DNA of 63,079 nt, the filler included, from Octopus bimaculoides (taxonomy: Eukaryota): the NCBI RefSeq assembly GCF_001194135.2. It is 4 parts of 4 records of this genome, joined end to end, with 100 filler letters (N's around TTAATTAATTAA, not from the genome) between each part and the next. Parts side by side here need not be neighbours in the genome. Positions count along the whole stretch, not along the records: positions 1 to 26,983 come from NC_068993.1; positions 27,084 to 49,580 come from NC_068989.1; 2 more parts are not named here. One strand, 5' to 3'. A program made the position numbers and the translations under genes. The stretch's first letter is position 1, and every line of letters starts with the position of its first letter. Of the stretch, positions 25,725 through 38,415 are shown one piece after another. A model generated the notes under the pieces. It worked only from the letters and a program-made list of their open reading frames with translations, made no database searches and was not told where the DNA came from.

Positions 25725-26935
25725 AATCACAGAAAATATTGAAGAGGATATCATTGAAATGCTCATAGCAAAATCTGTAGAAACACTGACGTATAACTGA
25801 CAGAATCTAAATATATAACTAACAGTCTTTAAATTGAAATTTAACTATAAGCAATGAAAGAAGGCGAATGATTTTTTTAGGAGAACCAGTCAAGTGAAGA
25901 AAGCCAAGTAAAAGACTGACATTTAAATGGACTCGTTATTTCGGACATCTGCTATATTTCATATCATTACAAATTCTATCATTGATGGTCTAATAAGATT
26001 TGCAGCTGTAAAGAAAAAGTTTTCTGCTATTCCTCTGGCAATACCTGTCTATGTCGGAAAATATTTTGACCACAAAGTGCGTGTCATTTTCAGAAATTTA
26101 CTATAAAGTTATATTGGCAAAGAAATTTAAAATGAATTAATCGACATTGAAACTATGATATAGAATGGTAACTATGGGGGAACTATAAATTGAACTTATA
26201 GATTTTCTAAACAAAAATTATAGGAGTTTCAAAATTATTGTTCTTAATCTTTGTGCATTACGCATGATTGCCCGAAAAGACGGCTTTGGTATAATATTTT
26301 TTTCAGTAAACTTAAATCGATAAAGAACTATTTTAAGAGAATTATGTCGTCTGATGGCCTTAGTTGAGCTCAGCACCGAAAGGAAATTCAAGGTAAATGA
26401 TTTTTTTTTTTTTTTTTTNNNNNNNNNNNNNNNNNNNNNNNNNNNNNNNNNNNNNNNNNNNNNNNNNNNNNNNNNNNNNNNNNNNNNNNNNNNNNNNNNN
26501 NNNNNNNNNNNNNNNNNNNNNNNNNNNNNNNNNNNNNNNNNNNNNNNNNNNNNNNNNNNNNNNNNNNNNNNNNNNNNNNNNNNNNNNNNNNNNNNNNNNN
26601 NNNNNNNNNNNNNNNNNNNNNNNNNNNNNNNNNNNNNNNNNNNNNNNNNNNNNNNNNNNNNNNNNNNNNNNNNNNNNNNNNNNNNNNNNNNNNNNNNNNN
26701 NNNNNNNNNNNNNNNNNNNNNTTTTTTTTGATATGCCATACAAATATTTGTTTACTAAAATACTTGTGGAAATCTGACAATCCAGTTCACCATTCTTTCG
26801 TCTTCGCAAATAGTAATTAAAACCAAATAGATTTTTGCTTTTATAATTAATGACCCTAAACAACTGCGCCCGTAAATAAAATATCTTTCTCTCGATAGCC
26901 CTGTGAATGTGTGTTGTCTGTGTATAGATATACAA

Positions 26936-26983
<48 letters not shown>

Positions 26984-27171
26984 NNNNNNNNNNNNNNNNN
27001 NNNNNNNNNNNNNNNNNNNNNNNNNNNTTAATTAATTAANNNNNNNNNNNNNNNNNNNNNNNNNNNNNNNNNNNNNNNNNNNNGATATACACACATACAT
27101 AGATATACCTAAACATACATATGCATAAATATACATACATAGACATACATATATACTTATATATATTCATG

Positions 27172-27253
<82 letters not shown>

Positions 27254-30200
27254 TATAAACATACATATAGGTATATACATAATGGAAGCGTCATAAATGA
27301 ATGGAGGCGGTCGTTGAGAAAAAAACATGAATGTGCATAGCGCTAATTGAATTATAGAAAATAAACCACGCCTTTCGTTATTCAAATGTACATGGTTACC
27401 ATATATTTTCCTAACTTAAAAAAGACTTCTACGTAAGCATGCTTAAAATATTTCAAAGAAGGTTTGTAATTTCATTGTTTTAGTAAAAACAATTGAATAC
27501 AGCGATAAGTGAGTGAGAGACAGAGAGAGATTCGGAGATGTATGTCGCTAGTGAGAAAAAGATAGAGATGTTATTGTGATATATGTGAGGTTAGTGACTG
27601 AAGCACGTGCTGGAATCATCAATAATAAAGCCACTACACAATCACATTTGAATTAAAATATATATTAGCTGGAATGTTTAACATAAATTTTGAAAACAAC
27701 GTAGGCTGTAATAATTGCATTCTTTCAGTAAAACTTACAGTGCTTCAACTCATCAATTACCAAGGAAGAAGTAGAATATGAAAATAAATATTTTAGTTCT
27801 TAAATATCTAAAATTATTTTTTTCCTGACTGAATTGCTTCATTTGATATATTGAACAGTTTAGTTTCATGTGATAATTTGTGTTTCCAAGATTTTTCATT
27901 GTAGTAATTCATTTAACGTTATAGTGGCTAGTCCGACGTGTTGGAGCATTTGTCAGAGTTCCTTTCGGTATGTGTGCTGGCTACTGCTGAGGGGAGAGAA
28001 ATCTATCTTTTCAGATTCGATAAATAAGTTGTCAGTCCTATATTGACCTGATTCTTTTCTTTCTTTCGCATAAATGTGTTACAGTGTGTGTGTGTGTGTG
28101 TATGAGGTGGGTGTCTTTCTCGTAGACATCTGCTTTGTTGAAATAAGAAAATATCTGGGTTCTAACAATGCTCAGGATACGCCATATATCATGAAGGCAC
28201 AGTTGCAACTCCAGTATAGACTGTGGTCCAACTGAGAGATAGGTCCACAGAAAAGTATTTCATGATATTAAGGGAAGTCGTTATTATTAAAAACGTTTTG
28301 TGACTGTGGTACTAAAAAATAACGTAACAAACACTACGAATATAAGATCCTCACGATTAGCTGTAAGATAAGCAGCTATTATTTTATACTGAATACACGC
28401 AGGAAAAACAAATTTAGAGGTATCATTCTAAATCATTAATTTACTATTTACTCACATATATTTTCATAGTTATCTTCATTATGTTGAGGTATGAAAAAAC
28501 AAAAAAATGTATGCTAGTAATCAACCTATAGTAGGTGGATGTTTATGATTTACCAGTCGTAAAATGTAGGTAATTAATAAAGCATACAATGAAAACCAAA
28601 AAAAAAAACTATATGCAACTGTGTTACACTGAAAATGCAATGAGCTATGTATCTGCTAAATCAAATTTTTAAAAGGAAATTTATTCATAAAGTCAACACA
28701 AATTGAAATACACATAAATAGAATTATTTTAACATTTCAAGCGAGCAGCTTGAAATGGAATTCATTTGATTTTATTTGAATGGAATTCAGTTGATGTTGC
28801 AACGCTAGCAACATGATTACTAAAGATTACGATAACATTCCCTTAAATCAGATTTCTTAGAAATGCGAGACACAACGGTTCTTCAATAAGTGCCAAAGTC
28901 TTCGGATATTTTCACGTTTCAAGCGATCGATGTTCTTGGAGAAATTTGTTCCTCATAATGGTGGTGCTGTTGGTTGAGGTGGTTTCGGATATGTCTTACT
29001 GGTATCGTGGATAGAAGTGATAGTGGTCCTTAAAATAGTGTCGATGCTGCCGTGACTTTAGTTCTTATTGTTTTTCTTTTTGCTGGTGATAGTGGTGGTT
29101 GTAGCAGTGTTGATGGCAGTAGAGGTGGTGGTGGCGGTAATGTTGTTGTTGTTGTTGTTGCTTGTAGCGGTGATTTTAGGGTTTTAGAGGTGGTATTATT
29201 GGTGCTATATTCATTATAGGATGTTGAAATATCAGTATCTGTGTTATCTTTTTTATTCCCTTCTTTGCTGTAAACGTTGTATAACAATTCAATATTAAGG
29301 TTAATTCTTGCTCTAACCAGACATACAAATATAAAACTCAGTAGCCCTAAGATCCGGTTTATTTAGCATCGTTTACTTTTCTAAAACTATGATTCAACAA
29401 CAGGAAATAATTTAATTGCAGAAGATAAACAAACTTTATTATTGCATATAGTTACTGATTTCAATGGTGCAATTAAACCCCGGAAATTTTTAACATCGAA
29501 TATGCCACTAAGTTTTACAAATAATGGTATACATGGACACATTTATGGCTTTTGCACATTGTTGTTTTCATAAAGGAAATATTTCAAAGAAGCATTTTCC
29601 CTTCATTACTTTAGGAATAGTTGTGATGCATAACGTCAGTATTCCACTTATTACATTTACTTCCTTTCCTATGTATATTAACATATTTATTCAAAGTAAA
29701 AATTAACACACACAAACCCATACACACATATACCAACTATGTAAGTGTGTATGTATTTTATAATATTTGTGTGAAGAAATGCATGAATACGTCTCCAAAT
29801 TTATTGCTTAATAAATCTAATACACAAACGAATTTCTTATGGGACTAGTGATATAAATTATGAGATATAAACAACTAACTATAGGTAATGTTATTTATTA
29901 CACAGTGTACAGAGTGCGTATGATAGCATCCAGAAATCTTAGTAAATATTTATCCATTTTCCCGTCTGTTTTGTACAATAGATCTTTATTTGCAGTAACC
30001 AAATTACACATAGAAAATACTAAATTGCGAAGTACTGAATGGTATTCTCAGGACTGATGGATAATTCATTCATTGAAGTATATTGTTTCATTTCATGAAG
30101 TAATTATATATTCTTTTCTTTCTAATTAAGCCTATCGTATTATATTAGATGACCAGTGCTTATACTGAATACTGTAACAAGAAATAATTAAAAGACAGAA

Positions 30201-30337
30201 TTCATTTCTATCTAGACAAATTAATTGAAAATACGATGTATGATATATTAATGGAATTTAATTAGAAATCAAAAGTACTGAAATTCTATAATAATTCACA
30301 GATGTTCATTTTAGATGAAAAATTAGTATTTCCTTCG

Positions 30338-30562
30338 ATAGATATTAAATACCTCAGTATTGCATATAAAAGAACTGCTTTCATACCAACGAGGTATTGG
30401 CTTAATATTGCTTCCATTAATTAAAATAGATAGAAAAAGCCAACAGAAGAATACGTACTGATTGATGGCACCTGGCCTCTTTCTATCTTGATTGTGCAAT
30501 AAATTATTTGCAGCATCTTGAAGGAGAGATGCAAAATGTATGTACGTACGTATGTAGTAATG

Positions 30563-30599
<37 letters not shown>

Positions 30600-31620
30600 A
30601 GTCATAATTATTTTTTAGAATGTTATTTAAAAATAGGGATAGATTTTCAATCTTCCCAACAAAAGTTTATGCGCTCTACACACAATTAAACGGAGCAGTC
30701 TTGCTAAAATAACTATATAAAGAATGAAAGATTTCACGGCTGTAGTTTATCACTGACCGAACACCTATTTCTGGCATCATAAACTAAACATAATAGATAG
30801 CCGTAAATATCATGTATTCATCGGTAGTTTTTAATTAAAGTAATGCCAAAAGACACACGAAATCTTGCAGGTATATTTCGCAAAGAACTCAAGATAACTT
30901 GCACGTGATTTTGTCAGTAATAAATCTGAAAATAAAAGCAACTTCTCTCTCTAGCAACACAGATCAGTGTGTTGATGACATAGGTAACTGATTAATCAAT
31001 ATAATAAATGTATGTCGCTGTACAACAACAAGCCGAGCTGCAAAGTATTTGCCATTTTAACGCACATTCACTGCATTGCTGTTAATTTCTTTAAAATTTA
31101 TTAGAATGGAAATACAAAAACAAGAAAGAAAAAGACAGTAGTCTCTCAAATCCCATGTAAATCATTAATTTGAGTACAAAAATAAGCTCTAGTTTTAGGG
31201 TATTGTGACAATCATACATTCATCCTGTTTCAGCCTGCACAGAAACATAGATATTAAATACTTCAGTATTACATATAAAGCTGTTTGCGTACCTACGAGG
31301 TATTGGTTTAACATTGCTTCCATTAATTAAGATGCATAGAAAAGGCTTAAGAACGTTCTGACTGATGATACCAGGTTTTTTCCTATCTTGATTGCGCAAT
31401 AAATTATTCGCACCACTTTTAAGGGCAAATGCAATGTGTGTGTGTGTGTGCGTGTGTGAGTGTGTGTCTGCGTGCGTATGTGTGTGCTTGTATACTCCTA
31501 AGTATTCCTTAAATTTTCAGTTAAAAATAGTGATAGTTTTTCAAACTTCCAAGGAAATACTTATGCACACAACTAATACATAACTATTAATAGGGTCTGA
31601 CGAGATAAAATATAACTATG
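30338..31620. repeat. Old tandem duplication with ~910-bp spacing; best-conserved cores at 30338-30516 and 31247-31420
   Basis: ATAGATATTAAATAC(C/T)TCAGTATT...CGAGGTATTGG...TTGCTTCCATTAATTAA...CTATCTTGATTG(T/C)GCAATAAATTATT is present in both copies. Confidence 0.9.
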
Positions 31621-32221
31621 AAGTTACTTCTATCAGTTGTATGTGTATAATTTGGGTTTATTATAGAATATAGAATTGAAATTTTAATGTAAGAGACTAC
31701 TATGTTTTCTTCAGTGCCAGCATTATAATATATCTATAGGCAGACTATTTTTCAAATCTAACATGTAAAGCAACATTGAGACTTTTATAAGAAAGTTTCT
31801 AAAATAATTATTACTATGACAGTTTCTTCTGATACAATCGAAAACAAATGGATTGATATATTCTTGAATGATTTTAGGAATCAAAATGAGTGTTCGTAGA
31901 GTGTTATATGCGCGATGTATGGGATATATTAAAAGAAGAATGAGTGAGCAATTATTATTAACTGTATTATACTGAATGATTTGATTGCGTAAGTAGCTTC
32001 TCATGAACTATTAATAAAATTAACTTTCTGAAAACAACAATGTTTTCAGTTCAGCATTTGATGCCTGAATTTCGAAGTTACCTACCAAACATGCAATCGC
32101 ACTATCACATGTCGCACAAATTACGATGAATTTAGCTAAAACGAAATGCGCAGTAATATTAAAGCCTACATTAACAGCGAAAGAAACATTTCCTCAAAAG
32201 ATCAATAAATTTTAAATGTAA

Positions 32222-34198
32222 CATGTAAATACCCTACAAAAACAACTAATTAAATCCAACGTTAATGTAAACCAATGGAAAGAACTAATTGAGATAAAAA
32301 ATGATTCAAACATCACCATTAAAGAAGCCGACAAAGGAAGTGCTGTAGTGGTGATGGACACACAGTACTACAAAAAGTTAATACTATCCATGTTGGAAAA
32401 TAATATATACTATGAGCTGATAGTACAATACAACCCACAGAAGACTTTTAAAAACGTATCTTCCTTACTTAAAATACATGGAAAGGGTTTAACTAAACAT
32501 TAAATTGACTATTTATCCAATTTTAAATACAGACCTAGTCTATTCTATGGATTACCTAAAATACACAAGAATACATAAATTTGTAAAGCTTGCAGAGTTT
32601 CTCCAAGCCGCTGCATTAATATTCCTCCACCTACTGACCTCAAACTGAGACCTATCATTGCTGGCCCTGCTTGTGAAACCTACCGTTTGAGCAACTTCCT
32701 CGACATCTTGCTCAAACCGTTTCTAAAATATGTGAGAAGCTTCATCAGGGATGACTTAGATATGCTAAACCACCTCCCGAAGACAATAAGTGAAGGAACC
32801 TTGATAGTATCATTCGATGTGGTGAATTTGTACACCAATATCCCACACGATTATTGTATAGAAGCGATCTCCTTCTGGCTAGAAAAATACCCACAAGAGA
32901 TCCCAGAGCGCATCAACCACAGATTCATAATCGCAGCACTCAAATTCATCCTACTGAACAACTATTTCATGTTCGATACAGCTTACTATCGACAAAAATG
33001 TGGAATTGCAATGGGAACCCGAGCTGCGCCAGTGATTGCGGACCTTGTAATGGGTTACCTAGAACTTAGAATATATCATTCTTCATTACAAAAATATGGC
33101 ACCTCTTTTCATTGCTATTTAAAGGAGAACTGGAAGAGGCATTTAGACGATTGCTTTATACTTTGGAATGACAGCATGGACAAACTCCTCGATTTCAAAA
33201 TAATGCTTAACAATATTAATAGCAACATACAATTCACTATGGAACACAGCAGTATACAACTTCCTTTTCTGGACATCCTCATTAAAATAGTCAATAACCA
33301 CATAGAAACAGACATCTTCTATAAACCTAGAGATTCTAAACAATACCTATTATTTAACTCATGCCACCCCAAACGCATAAAAATTAATATACCGTATAAT
33401 CTAGCGAAAAGAATCTGTACCATAGTTTCGGACTCCGATACTCGTGATCGAAGACTCCTTGAACTCAGATCAATACTACTCAAAAGACATTACCCAATAT
33501 CTTTAATAAATAATGGAATCAACCGAGGTAAGGAAATAGACATACAAACATTAAGGGAAGTCAACCGAAATACCAAACCAGACTTTAAAATATTCCCATT
33601 CATTTCCACACATAACCCTAGAAACGAAGCATTTAACGTTATCATCCAAAATCTTCCCATCCTCACAAGAGATAAAACAATGAACAAAATTTTAGACTCA
33701 CATAAAATTATTAAAAGTAAAATGCAACCTAAATCACTGAAAAAAATATTAACCAGCGAAAGACTGTATCCATTAACAACAGAACCAAAAGTAAAAAAAT
33801 GTGGTCGACCTAACTGTGGGACTTGCCCCCACCTTTTGGAGGGTTCTGAGTTCCACTTTAAACAAGGTGAAATCTTTAAGATTAAATCAAATTTCACCTG
33901 TGCCTCGGAAAATCTAATCTATGCCATTACATGCTTAGGATGTAGTAATAACTCTATTGGCCAAGCAGGGATATCACTCAGTAGAAGGACTACTCTCCAC
34001 AAAGAACAAATCCGCCACCCACATTACAGACAGATACAGGTCAGTGGACACCTGGAAAGGTGTGCGAGGAATCTTAATCCTAATTTACTAATTTTTCCTT
34101 TCTATTAATGTTCACAGAACACATCAACACAACAAAGAATGAATAAAGAGGCAATTTTCATTAATAAATATCTTCCTCAACTAAATAGGAACACTTAA
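32222..34198 (+). pseudogene. PLE reverse transcriptase + GIY-YIG endonuclease ORF, disrupted
   Basis: Same frame as track ORF 32687..34108. In-frame TAA at 32501, 32576 and 34106. The RT motif reads HLDD instead of YxDD (33140-33151) and the YIG motif reads SIG. The C-terminus after the last stop (RMNKEAIFINKYLPQLN) matches the PLE endonuclease end. Confidence 0.9.
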
Positions 34199-34387
34199 CA
34201 TAATATAGAACACCACTAATCTTCCATTTAATATCACTAACCCCCATACACCCCATACACCATTCACACTACAAATCCAGACCTACCCTAATTGTACCAA
34301 ATCCAGAACTACTTACCTCCTTTACACATAATCTTTTTACTAAGGGACTAATAGACTTGACACCGTTTAGAATTCGGTGTATACTCA

Positions 34388-34424
34388 AAGCAATGACTAG
34401 TAATATCACGAAACCGGTATGCTT
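34388..34424 (+). ncRNA. Decayed hammerhead ribozyme vestige in the PLE 3' region
   Basis: AAGCA...GAAA-CCGG-T-A-TGCTT: stem I (AAGCA/TGCTT), palindromic stem III (ACCGGT) and a GUA site are retained, but the CTGATGA box is reduced to ATGA. Confidence 0.5.
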
Positions 34425-35849
34425 GTAAATCTCTTTAACAGCTCACAATAATGACATTTATTACCTTTATTCCCACCTCAGTTCATCTAATTGTATATAT
34501 ATCGTTACTTTTCATAAAAAGCCTTACCTTCTTTTTGATTTCCAATGTGCATTTTCTCTTATTTTTCTGCTTACTTTCCCCTTACATTTCCACGTGTAGT
34601 TTCTATTTTGTTTTTTTAACATATTTCTATTNNNNNNNNNNNNNNNNNNNNNNNNNNNNNNNNNNNNNNNNNNNNNNNNNNNNNNNNNNNNNNNNNNNNN
34701 NNNNNNNNNNNNNNNNNNNNNNNNNNNNNNTATATATATATTATGACAGCTTTACTTATCGAATCGAGAAACAGATGTACAAATGAAAGGAAATTATTTA
34801 ACGGACTAGAAAACAGGGTAATTGCGGTCAAAGTACGAACTTTCACCATATATAAAAATGTAATAGGAATAACGTATGAAATACGCGTGACAATAAAATT
34901 ACGCGAGGCAGGAAGTGTAGTGCTTCTGCATAAAAGCACATATACGAACAGTGAAGGAGAGAAAGATAGGTTTAGCCAATAATATAGATATATCTCTTAA
35001 GCTGACCTTTAGTTTACTATACAATTATGTAGTGTCAAATATATTATTGCAACGCACGTTATGACATTGATACGACCAATTCATTACAAGAACACCTGGA
35101 AGAATTTCCATTTGATCCTCGTCAAACTGATTAATTATAAAATTCAATCGCGCGTAAGTATGTAGGTTTCTGCGAAACAATGTCATATGCCCATTATATA
35201 GTAGGAAGGGAAAATGTATTTACACACCTGCTTAATATAAGTACTAAGAAGCAAAATAGGTTAATGATGTATGCCGATAGGATGTAAACTATGGTAACCA
35301 ACTGATAGTAAACTATTTTCGATAAGTCACTGTATTTCCTTCTGTTCACTGAGATAACTAATTATGTTGCCAAATGAATAAATGTCAGTAGTATTAAATG
35401 TGAATATTAAAGTAATGTAGTGCACAATCAAGTGTTCTGCTAATTTTCAAATATGGCATTATTTTATAAGGTCACACATGTCAACAACAAAGAAAAGTAA
35501 TTGAATGACGGTATGTTTTGTTGTATCATTTGTAGCAAAATCCATTTAATACGTATCATGTAGGCGTCAAAACCTGTGCCAATAACAAAGCAAAAAACGA
35601 ACAAAAATATGAGAAAGAAAACTAGAAGTAATTTTTTTTTAATTATTCGGAAGTTATTTGCCTATATTTCCAGAATTATTTTCACTCATTTAATAAATTT
35701 CTAGTGCAAAATATAGTTTTTATAAATAAATAATGAATTACCCATAATTCAGTTACACAGGCAGTTTCTAACTTCTATGTGCGGCCACATTCGATAGCAA
35801 AGTACACAATAATGATACCAAACGCATGGAATGTGTTAGGTTTCACACA

Positions 35850-37450
35850 GTCAGGAGTGTACTCACGGATGATTTAAGTCAGACGTTTATGTTAAATTTT
35901 CCAAGTGTAAATACATTCTTTTCTTTTTTTATATTTCTATCATTGGTTTACAGTGATATTGATCTATTCAGAATCCTGTCGATCTTTGTTTCACTCTATC
36001 GCGTTTTTTTTTTCGTTTTTTTATTTGTGTGTATGTTTTTTTTTGTTTTCATTTTTGATTATAATTTTATTATAATCAATTTCTTCATCCATGCATCGAT
36101 CTAACCGAATTTACTGTAAAGAATTATCTGTTGCAGTAAATCATAAGCCATATAAAAGTTAAAGCTTCCGACATGATCTATTATGATAAAAATATTTGAA
36201 AATTTAAACTGTTGAATATTACTTCAAAATATTATGTTCAATTTCTGTTCGTTATTCGTTCTTTCTAATAAAGATGTAGGAAGAAGGAAAGGTGTAAGGA
36301 GATTAGGGATAATATATTATGATTTTGGTTCCCATACTGGCGCCATTCGCAGTAATTGGTATTGTCTGAAAAGTCATCAGTCTTGAGGTACTATTGAGAA
36401 GAAATATGTTGCGCTGAAAGCAAAGGTTTCTAACAGACTTTTGTCACAATTCAGTTTCTTTGTATTAGATATTGAATTAATATTCGAAGACGTAAATAAG
36501 ACATTTTTTAAGATATCCATAACATCGGAGTGGAGTGAATTAGAAAAAATAACGTGTTATTGTTTAAAAATGGAATTTTAATGTTGTTTCAGAAAACCAA
36601 AGGTGCTTGCTGTTGGGAATGGAAGTGTAATGAGAATTATTTCCTGTAGACGAGGGTCTGAAAAATTAATGAAGTGTTTGCGTATTCTGTAGAAATGATA
36701 AAGCAGTTTCTTTTCCAATATCTACTGCGGACCTAATTTTATTAGTATTAATGTTCTTAATGAAGGTGTTTGTTATCATGGTTGGGTGATTTGCACTGGC
36801 CATACGTTGTTGTGGATATGTCATGTTATGCATATCATGGGGTGCGTGCCTTATTGTAAGTCTGTGGTGATTGTAATGGAACTAAACTTTCTAATATCTC
36901 ATTAGTTTGAGAGTAATTCATGTTCATTTTAACTTAAAATATATCATTGCACTACAAAAATATATTCAACTGATGGCACTTTTAAAGGCAGCAGACAAGA
37001 ACATAGAATTAGAGGAGACAAATAATTTTAATGCTTTGGCCTCTGCACAACTAATAAAATGTAAAGAACTGAGAAAAATTAGCTTTGAGAAGCACTGAGT
37101 AGAAGGAGCGTATAAGGGAAAGTTGTAAAACTTTTGAAGATGGTCGCCTTAAGTACGTAATCGTAAAGTGCTGATTTCGGACGGCTGTCATGAAATCTTC
37201 AATGAAAGCATAAAGTAATGGTGGTATAAAACAAGTGGCCTTGTACTCTTTTCTAAGGCTGGGAATGTCAAACATCTGAAGTCCCAGGAAAAATGAACTG
37301 TATGTAAAGTCCTTCATTCTTGACCTGGTAATTCGACATGTATGGAGTGTGAAAGATCTTCCAAGTAGATTTCGAATCTGAAGAGATATATAGCAGTTCA
37401 CAGACACCATATATCACAAATTGATGCGATCATTTCAGTGGAAGATACAA
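35850..37450 (-). pseudogene. Possible 5' portion of a CR1-like LINE (ORF1 C-terminus + APE endonuclease), very decayed
   Basis: ORF 37051..37410 (TCRITRSR..FTYSSF) resembles CR1 ORF1 ends. Downstream, SNINSIS...FAFSATYF, YQLLR and TLGKFNINV resemble APE motifs NxxS, ETW and GDFN. Confidence 0.4.
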
Positions 37451-38118
37451 CTTTCATCTGTCTACTATGCTTCAAATATATAGATCTGCAACGGGAATAA
37501 ATATTCATGCGGGAGATCATAGACGGAAGATCTGAAATGCTATTGACGACCACAAAGTACAGAGAGACGGCAATCATTAGTGAAGATGAAGCGATCGCTG
37601 TGTATGTATGATATAAATGTATATTTATAATCTGGATATTGAAGCTGTAATTTTAGAAGCAGTTGTCCATAGTTATCCGCTTTCACTTTGATTTTCAAGC
37701 AGCTGAACTATATGACCTAAGTTATGGTCCATAAATTAAAACTGACCCCAATAATCAGTGACAAGCTAGTTCTCAAACAAGTTTTTTTTTTCCTGATGCC
37801 TTAGTAGCTTCTAAGCTGAAGTGAAGACAGCATGATCTTTGTCTATCTTCTTACCTTCTTGGAGGTTTAAGGTAAAATTATACTAACGTGTCTATCTGTT
37901 TTAGTTTAATTAAATTCTATGTATTAACACAGCTCAGGATTGTTCTGCATTTAAATTGATGTAATGATTGCATTGTTCAAATAAATGGAGTCGCTTGAAA
38001 CGATCGTACTGCCTTACCTTCTGTTGCTTATTTCGATTTTTGACATATATACATATATATAAGTATATGTATGTGTGTGTCTGCGAGCATGTTCATGGGC
38101 GTGATTGTGTTTTACACA

Positions 38119-38163
<45 letters not shown>

Positions 38164-38169
38164 ACACAC

Positions 38170-38415
38170 ACATATATGTACTCTTTACTCTTTTTTACTC
38201 TTTTACTTGTTTCAGTCATGTGACTGTGGCCATGCTGGAGCACCGCCTTTAGTCGAGCAAATCGACCCCAGGACTTATTCCTTGTAAGCCTAGTACTCAT
38301 TCTATCGGCCGCTTTTGCCTTACCGCTAAGTTACGGGGACGTAAACAAGCCAACATCGGTTGTCAAGCGATGTTGGGGGGACAACACAGACACAGAAGTA
38401 TATACATACACATAC
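38170..38415 (-). mobile_element. SINE family C, 3' half, running into a gap
   Basis: TTTCAGTCATGTGACTGTGGCCATGCTGGAGCACCGCC...CCGCTAAGTTACGGGGACGTAAAC. Confidence 0.88.

Larger units (their letters stand above)
31720..34480 (+). mobile_element. Penelope-like retroelement (PLE), near full length, inactivated; left boundary approximate
   Basis: One reading frame from ~32222 to the stop at 34198 has PLE motifs IKEADKGSAVVVMD, FYGLPKIHK, LRPIIAG, SFDVVNLYTNIP, GIAMGT and RHLDD, then a Cys linker (CGRPNCGTC) and a GIY-YIG domain. A pyrimidine/C-rich 3' UTR with a hammerhead vestige follows. Confidence 0.93.

Noticed and set aside
25900-26400. Protein-like stretch (possible LRR/TIR pseudogene)
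   Set aside because: Multiple stops and no motif I can assign with confidence.
30338-31420. NUMT interpretation (aligned TGA codons read as Trp)
   Set aside because: I recognise no mitochondrial protein in the translation, and the opposite strand is fully open in the standard code.
37960-38015. GAAACGATCGTA palindrome resembling hammerhead stem III
   Set aside because: No CTGANGA box or matching stem I upstream.
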